A stretch of DNA of 64,000 nt from assembly GCA_963825865.1 (NCBI GenBank), contig CAWGVG010000026.1, positions 192,001-256,000 on the forward strand, read 5' to 3'. Of the stretch, positions 58,943-64,000 are shown piece by piece; the first letter of the stretch is position 1; each line of letters begins with the position of its first letter. The notes beneath the pieces are model-generated. The model was not told the origin of the DNA and ran no database searches. It saw only the letters and a list, made by a program, of their open reading frames with translations. The translations under genes were made by a program, and so were the position numbers. This DNA is from an uncultured Nitrososphaeraceae archaeon (lineage in GTDB: Archaea; Thermoproteota; Nitrososphaeria; Nitrososphaerales; Nitrososphaeraceae).

Positions 58943-58989
58943 ACGATAGGCAAGTGGGATATGAACCAATAAGGACCCATGCCTATCGT
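58943..58989. other. intergenic stem-loop
   Basis: ACGATAGGCA(AG)TGGG ... CCCATGCCTATCGT: 14-bp stem with a 2-nt bulge. Confidence 0.6.
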
Positions 58990-59550
58990 CGTTTTTGCAA
59001 ACCACAGTTATGAACTAGTGGTCAAGTTTCTTATCACGAATCAATAATTAGGCCTTTTGTGATATTAATTAGTAAATAACCAGATATCGGACATAATGAA
59101 TTTATAAATCCCTTTTGTGGATAAATAAAACACGAATACCGCAGATTAACTTTTAGAACTTTTAGATAAGAATAATGCCATTAGATGACTCAACTTGTGG
59201 GCATGTTTGATTTCGCCAGTTTATTTATACCACTAGTATTACTTTTTTATACCTTCTCAATAAAGGTTTTGTTATCTCTGTTGCAAAATGCACAAGGTTA
59301 GTATATTTTGCAGAGTGATCATCCACTCAAGCCAAAGTCATCCTATTACTAGATGTTTTTGTTTTTCATTCTAGCTATATCTGAATGCTAGCGAGCCAAT
59401 ATTCAGCAGACTAATAAGGAATAGTGTTGTCTACAAAATTAATACAAAAGCATTATAACTCGATAGTTGCTAACTAAAACATCATCATAGACTTTCCCTT
59501 AATTTTGTATTATCTTATATTTTTATCTATATTGGGAACTTTCTATCAAA

Positions 59551-61269
59551 ATGACTAAGATAATTATAAAAATGTTATCGAGTTATTCTACTTATCTGAT
59601 AAATCGTTCCAATACAGAAAATGGTGTTGCTAAGATATTGCTTGGGACAGAGAATGTAATAGACGCAATACTAAAGCTTTTTGTTAAGGCACAATATCAA
59701 ATAGATTTCTGTGGTAATTCTGAATTTCCATTAAAGGTTTCTTCACTTGAATTAATAAAAAGTGCAAGACTTGATGCTAAAAAAAGAGGTATAAAACTAA
59801 GATATATTATCGAAATTACAAACGAAAATATCTCTTACTGTAAGAAGCTTATGAAAACAGTTGAGCTTTGTCATTTGAATGGGATTAAAGGTAATTTTGG
59901 AATAATTGATGGAACACAATATATGGCTACTGCAAGCCATATAGGAGCATCACACCCGCTGGAACAAGCTATTTACAGCAATGCCAGAGTATTTGTAGAA
60001 CTGCAGCAATATCTATTTGAAGCTTTATGGAGCAAGGCTATACCAGCTCAGCAGAAAATTAGACAACTTGAGGAAGGAATAGAAGCAGAATTTTATGAAG
60101 TTATTACAGACAATGAAAAAGCACAGAATCTTTACATTGATTTTGCAAAGTCAATAGAGAAAGAAGCTCTATTTCTTCTAGCTGATAGTAAGGCCCTATA
60201 TAGGGCTGACAGACTAGGAGTTGTGGACCTTTTAATCAAAGCATCAGAAGAAAATGGCGCTGCAATAAGACTCATCTGTCCATTAACTGCGGAAAATTCA
60301 GAAATTGTCAAAAGAATATCCGAAAGGGCACCAAATATAAGAATTCTCGATGGCGGATGTTCCCACTCTGGACTATTGATAGTTGATAGTAAAAAGTTTC
60401 TAAGATTTGAGCTCCAAGAATCAGAGGCTGAAAACTTTTCCCAGGCAATTGGTTTTCTAGTATACTCGAATAGTAAGCTCAGTATTAACTCATCTAAATC
60501 ATTTTTTGAGTTACTCTGGAATGAACATCTTCAATATGAAAAACTAAAAGAAGCAAATAAGATGAAAAGCGAATTTATAAATACAGCTGCCCATGAACTG
60601 CGAACCCCAATACAACCTATAATTGGTTTCTTACATGTTGTCCAATCTAAAATAAAAGATGTCGAACAGTATGAATTACTAGGTGTTGTAATCAAAAATG
60701 CGGACAGATTACAGCGGCTCGCAAATGATATATTAGATGTCACAATGATTGAAAGCAACTCACTAATTTTGAAAAAAGAACAATTCAGTATAACTGATGT
60801 AGTCTCTACCTTAGTAGAGGATTTGAGAAATAAAGTTGAAAAAGCCAATGATGGAAGGGTAAGATTAGTCTATGAGCAATATACTGAAAACAATATTGTT
60901 GTCGAAGGAGATTCAGAACGAATAGCCCAAGCCATATCCAACTTACTAGACAATGCTACCAAGTTCACTAAAGAAGGATCTATTTCAATTAAAGTAGAAA
61001 AAGAAGAAAAAGGAGATAACGAAAACAATGGTCATGTCACTATTAGTGTAAAGGATACAGGAAAGGGAATAGATCCTGAAATAATTCCTAGATTGTTTAC
61101 AAAATTTGCCACCAAATCTTTTAAAGGTACAGGGCTGGGATTGTTCATATCAAAAAGTATCATAGAAGCTCATGGTGGCAGAATATGGGCCAATAACAAT
61201 CCAGATAAAGGGGCGACCTTTACTTTTACTCTTCCAATGCTAAAAAATAGATACGTAATTAACACTTAG
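59551..61269 (+). CDS. sensor histidine kinase (cytoplasmic; TrmB-like N-terminal domains, HisKA, HATPase)
   Basis: Intact 572 aa; [34 protein letters not shown]. Confidence 0.93.
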   Translation: MTKIIIKMLSSYSTYLINRSNTENGVAKILLGTENVIDAILKLFVKAQYQIDFCGNSEFPLKVSSLELIKSARLDAKKRGIKLRYIIEITNENISYCKKLMKTVELCHLNGIKGNFGIIDGTQYMATASHIGASHPLEQAIYSNARVFVELQQYLFEALWSKAIPAQQKIRQLEEGIEAEFYEVITDNEKAQNLYIDFAKSIEKEALFLLADSKALYRADRLGVVDLLIKASEENGAAIRLICPLTAENSEIVKRISERAPNIRILDGGCSHSGLLIVDSKKFLRFELQESEAENFSQAIGFLVYSNSKLSINSSKSFFELLWNEHLQYEKLKEANKMKSEFINTAAHELRTPIQPIIGFLHVVQSKIKDVEQYELLGVVIKNADRLQRLANDILDVTMIESNSLILKKEQFSITDVVSTLVEDLRNKVEKANDGRVRLVYEQYTENNIVVEGDSERIAQAISNLLDNATKFTKEGSISIKVEKEEKGDNENNGHVTISVKDTGKGIDPEIIPRLFTKFATKSFKGTGLGLFISKSIIEAHGGRIWANNNPDKGATFTFTLPMLKNRYVINT

Positions 61270-61647
61270 CATACTTAGAGAGCATGCATAATGTGGGCAA
61301 GTATGTGCAGATACTAAAAAAGAGTGAATTGGGGATTTTTCTTGGAGATTCAGGCTTTTTCTTCACTGATTTTGATATATTCGTATTAGAAACAAGAAAG
61401 AAGTTAGGAAAGAAAAAGAGTTATTATTTGATATTCTTTCCAAGTTGGCTTACGCTCGTGTCATCTTTGAAACTCTTTCATTCAAGCCATTACTGTTTTG
61501 ATTTTGTCCGCTCAAACTATCTTGCCCTTTTGAAGGGCATTGTAGGATTCTCGATCATAAAAGGTTACGAAATTAGAGTTAAATAAAAATTATAACTCTA
61601 TTTTCAAGAGAATAAATTATAACAATACAATATCTTTTCTTTTACTT

Positions 61648-62199
61648 TTATACTTTTTGAATAAAATAGCCATATAGAAGAGCAGAAACTGTGACAGCAC
61701 TTTTGATCCTTCCATTATTTAATTCCTGCATTACCTGCTCTCTATTTACTTTAGAAATCTTTATGTATTCAAATTCCTCTAGTCTTTGCTTTAATTGGAT
61801 CTTTTCCAATCCTTTTGCTATAAATACAAAGTTTCTTTGTGTTGCCCTTCCTGGCCATGTGTAAAACCAGTTGATATATTGCAGAGTATCGCATGTATAT
61901 CCAGTTTCTTCGAGTAACTCTCTTTTTGCTGCATCAGATGGTCTTTGTCGCTCTTGTCCTTCAATTCCTCTAATTAATCCTCCTGGTAACTCCAGCAGTT
62001 TTGTACCGACTCCATGGCGATAATTCTCAAGCATCAATAAGGATCCGTCTTCAAATATTGGTACTATAGTTGCAGCATCGTCTACATTTATTCTGTTAAA
62101 AATTCCGACTATTCCTAGTTCTTCATCAATTACCGAGTCCTCTAAGACTACCATCCATTTATTCCTGTATACTGTTTTGGAACTTTTCAGTTTATACAT
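61648..62199 (-). CDS. NUDIX hydrolase (ADP-ribose pyrophosphatase-like)
   Basis: LELPGG...AAKRELLEETGY Nudix box. Confidence 0.9.
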   Translation of the reverse strand: MYKLKSSKTVYRNKWMVVLEDSVIDEELGIVGIFNRINVDDAATIVPIFEDGSLLMLENYRHGVGTKLLELPGGLIRGIEGQERQRPSDAAKRELLEETGYTCDTLQYINWFYTWPGRATQRNFVFIAKGLEKIQLKQRLEEFEYIKISKVNREQVMQELNNGRIKSAVTVSALLYGYFIQKV

Positions 62200-63517
62200 T
62201 ATACTAGAAATTCACTTATTTCTTAAAGAAGAATATCTCATTTATTTGTGTGGCTCTTTCTAAGCTATTGTATTACAATATATTATGACTAGGCGATAGA
62301 AGATAAGATATCACATCCTTCATTTATCAGATGTTTGAGGCAAACAGCCTATGAGAACTTTAATTTCATTCATAGCTTCATAATACCATTTACAATACCA
62401 ACCACCGACGATTATATGCTGGCAACTTTAACTTTTATCTATGCTCTGCTAGTAGGCTCTCATTCATAACATAAGATTATCATTGTTACCCTGAGATATG
62501 CTGAATGTGTCTGAAAACAGAAAAACTTGCGTTGCATTATGCTTTTACAATTAGTGAACTAGATTAACTACGGTTTATTAAAGGAACTTTCAAAAAAGCA
62601 ATATAGCCATTTATTTGTTCGTTTTTTCTGTTAAAAAAACGAGCCCTGTTAAAAAAAACTACAGATATTGTTAAACTTGAGACATTCAGGAGAAGGAGTG
62701 ATAAGGCTAACTTATGGAGAATACAAAATGATCCTCCAATCCTCTCGATCGATCATAATCGCAATTGCTGCTAATAAGACTTGCAGACACGAGTATAAGG
62801 AAAATATACGATTACAAACATCCAAATCCCTTGAAAAACACTAATTGCAATAACTGGCACATTCAAAAATGGCATGGACAGAAATGTAAGAATCATAATT
62901 GGATACCCAAATTTATGAAGCATGCCATAGTTTGCGCTATTCATCACATTCTTGTGTTTTAACAACGTCTGAAATATACCTCTACTCCAGAAGTCTCTGC
63001 TTATAAATATCCTTGAGACTTGTGGGCGCTTCTGTATAAGATATAGAAGAGCTCACTCTGAATTGTAGTAGCCACAGTAAATTTAACGGACATACTGGTT
63101 AAATAGAGAAAGTTATAGACAATTCTCACTCAGATATAGGCGCACAACAGTTTGCTTTACAATATAACAAGTTCATACACGCAGCGTTATCAAGTAACTC
63201 TAATCTTTATACTCGGATTATATTGCTTTTTCATAACTAGTTACCGTTAGCAATCAGCATTTTTCTCGATCTTTTTATTAAAAATGCATTTATATGAAAA
63301 TGGGTGTACAGAACATACGTTTTGAAACGTTTTAGCATCGAGATTTATTGTTGTACCAGATACTATTAACATATACATCTACTATTTACCAAAATATGCC
63401 GTTTAGGTAGTATTGCATGAACATAATCATAATTATAAGCATTTCTATCTAATTAGGTGGACAAATATCAACTAGAGAGAACATGGCTTTATATACATTG
63501 GTCATCTCTGAAAATAC

Positions 63518-64000
63518 ATGATTTCCCAAGGTAATGACATTCAAATATTGGTTTGTATTCCAGCTTTTAATGAAGCAAAGACTATTACAGAAATCGTTGA
63601 AAAGGCAAAAAAATACGCCGCAGAAGTCGTAGTATATGATGATGGTTCCATCGATAACACTAGTGAAGTAGCAAGAGCTTCAGGGGCCACTGGTTCTATC
63701 ATCTTCAAGGAACAAAGGATATGGTGTCGCTATTAGGGCGTTATTTCAGATCGCCAGGGAAAAAAACGCAGATGTTATGGTTACATTAGATTCTGATGGC
63801 CAACATGATCCGGATCAAATACCAGCTCTTTTGGAACCCATACTGAAAGAGGATTTTGATATAGTTATTGGTTCCAGATTTCTTGCTCCTCAAGGCACAG
63901 GCAATTACAAAATTCCTTCTTACAGAACATTTGGTATCAGAACTATAACAAGGTTCACACGAGCTGTTTCATACAATGGAATTACAGATGCTCAAAGTGG
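63518..64000 (+). CDS. glycosyltransferase family 2 (frameshifted, runs off window end)
   Basis: CIPAFNE, DDGSID, GYGVAI, TLDSDGQH, IGSRF, TDAQSG. Confidence 0.88.

Noticed and set aside
62628-62660. CTGTTAAAAAAAC direct repeat
   Set aside because: Short, low-complexity, two copies only, with no associated feature.

Overview
AT-rich window from what looks like a soil ammonia-oxidising archaeon (Nitrososphaeraceae-like). This is inferred from the thermosome, archaeal Hsp20, FBP aldolase/phosphatase, class III PhaC, repeated small winged-HTH genes and histidine kinases with tandem TrmB-like N-terminal domains. Many genes, including housekeeping ones (thermosome, GAPDH), carry single-base frameshifts that are probably long-read consensus errors, so split ORFs are merged here. 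Genuine deletions and chimeric remnants also occur. The first ~33 kb is a stress/dormancy-type island: PhaC, USPs, CBS proteins, a CBS-HPF ribosome-hibernation factor, a phosphoribosyltransferase, COG2187 and COG0645 kinase remnants, thermosome, Hsp20, ADH, FBPA/ase, bacterial-type GAPDH and NDH-2. Its family content parallels the mycobacterial DosR regulon. The rest is an accessory mosaic of signalling genes, a GC-rich methyltransferase, a truncated NAMPT among virus-like remnants, a ~240-nt structured intergenic region and a tnpB-only element between a GNAT gene and an amidohydrolase gene. An IS630 element with intact ends and two IS5-family elements lie within the island. No rRNA, tRNA or CRISPR array was recognised. 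All family calls are by motif recognition, not database search.
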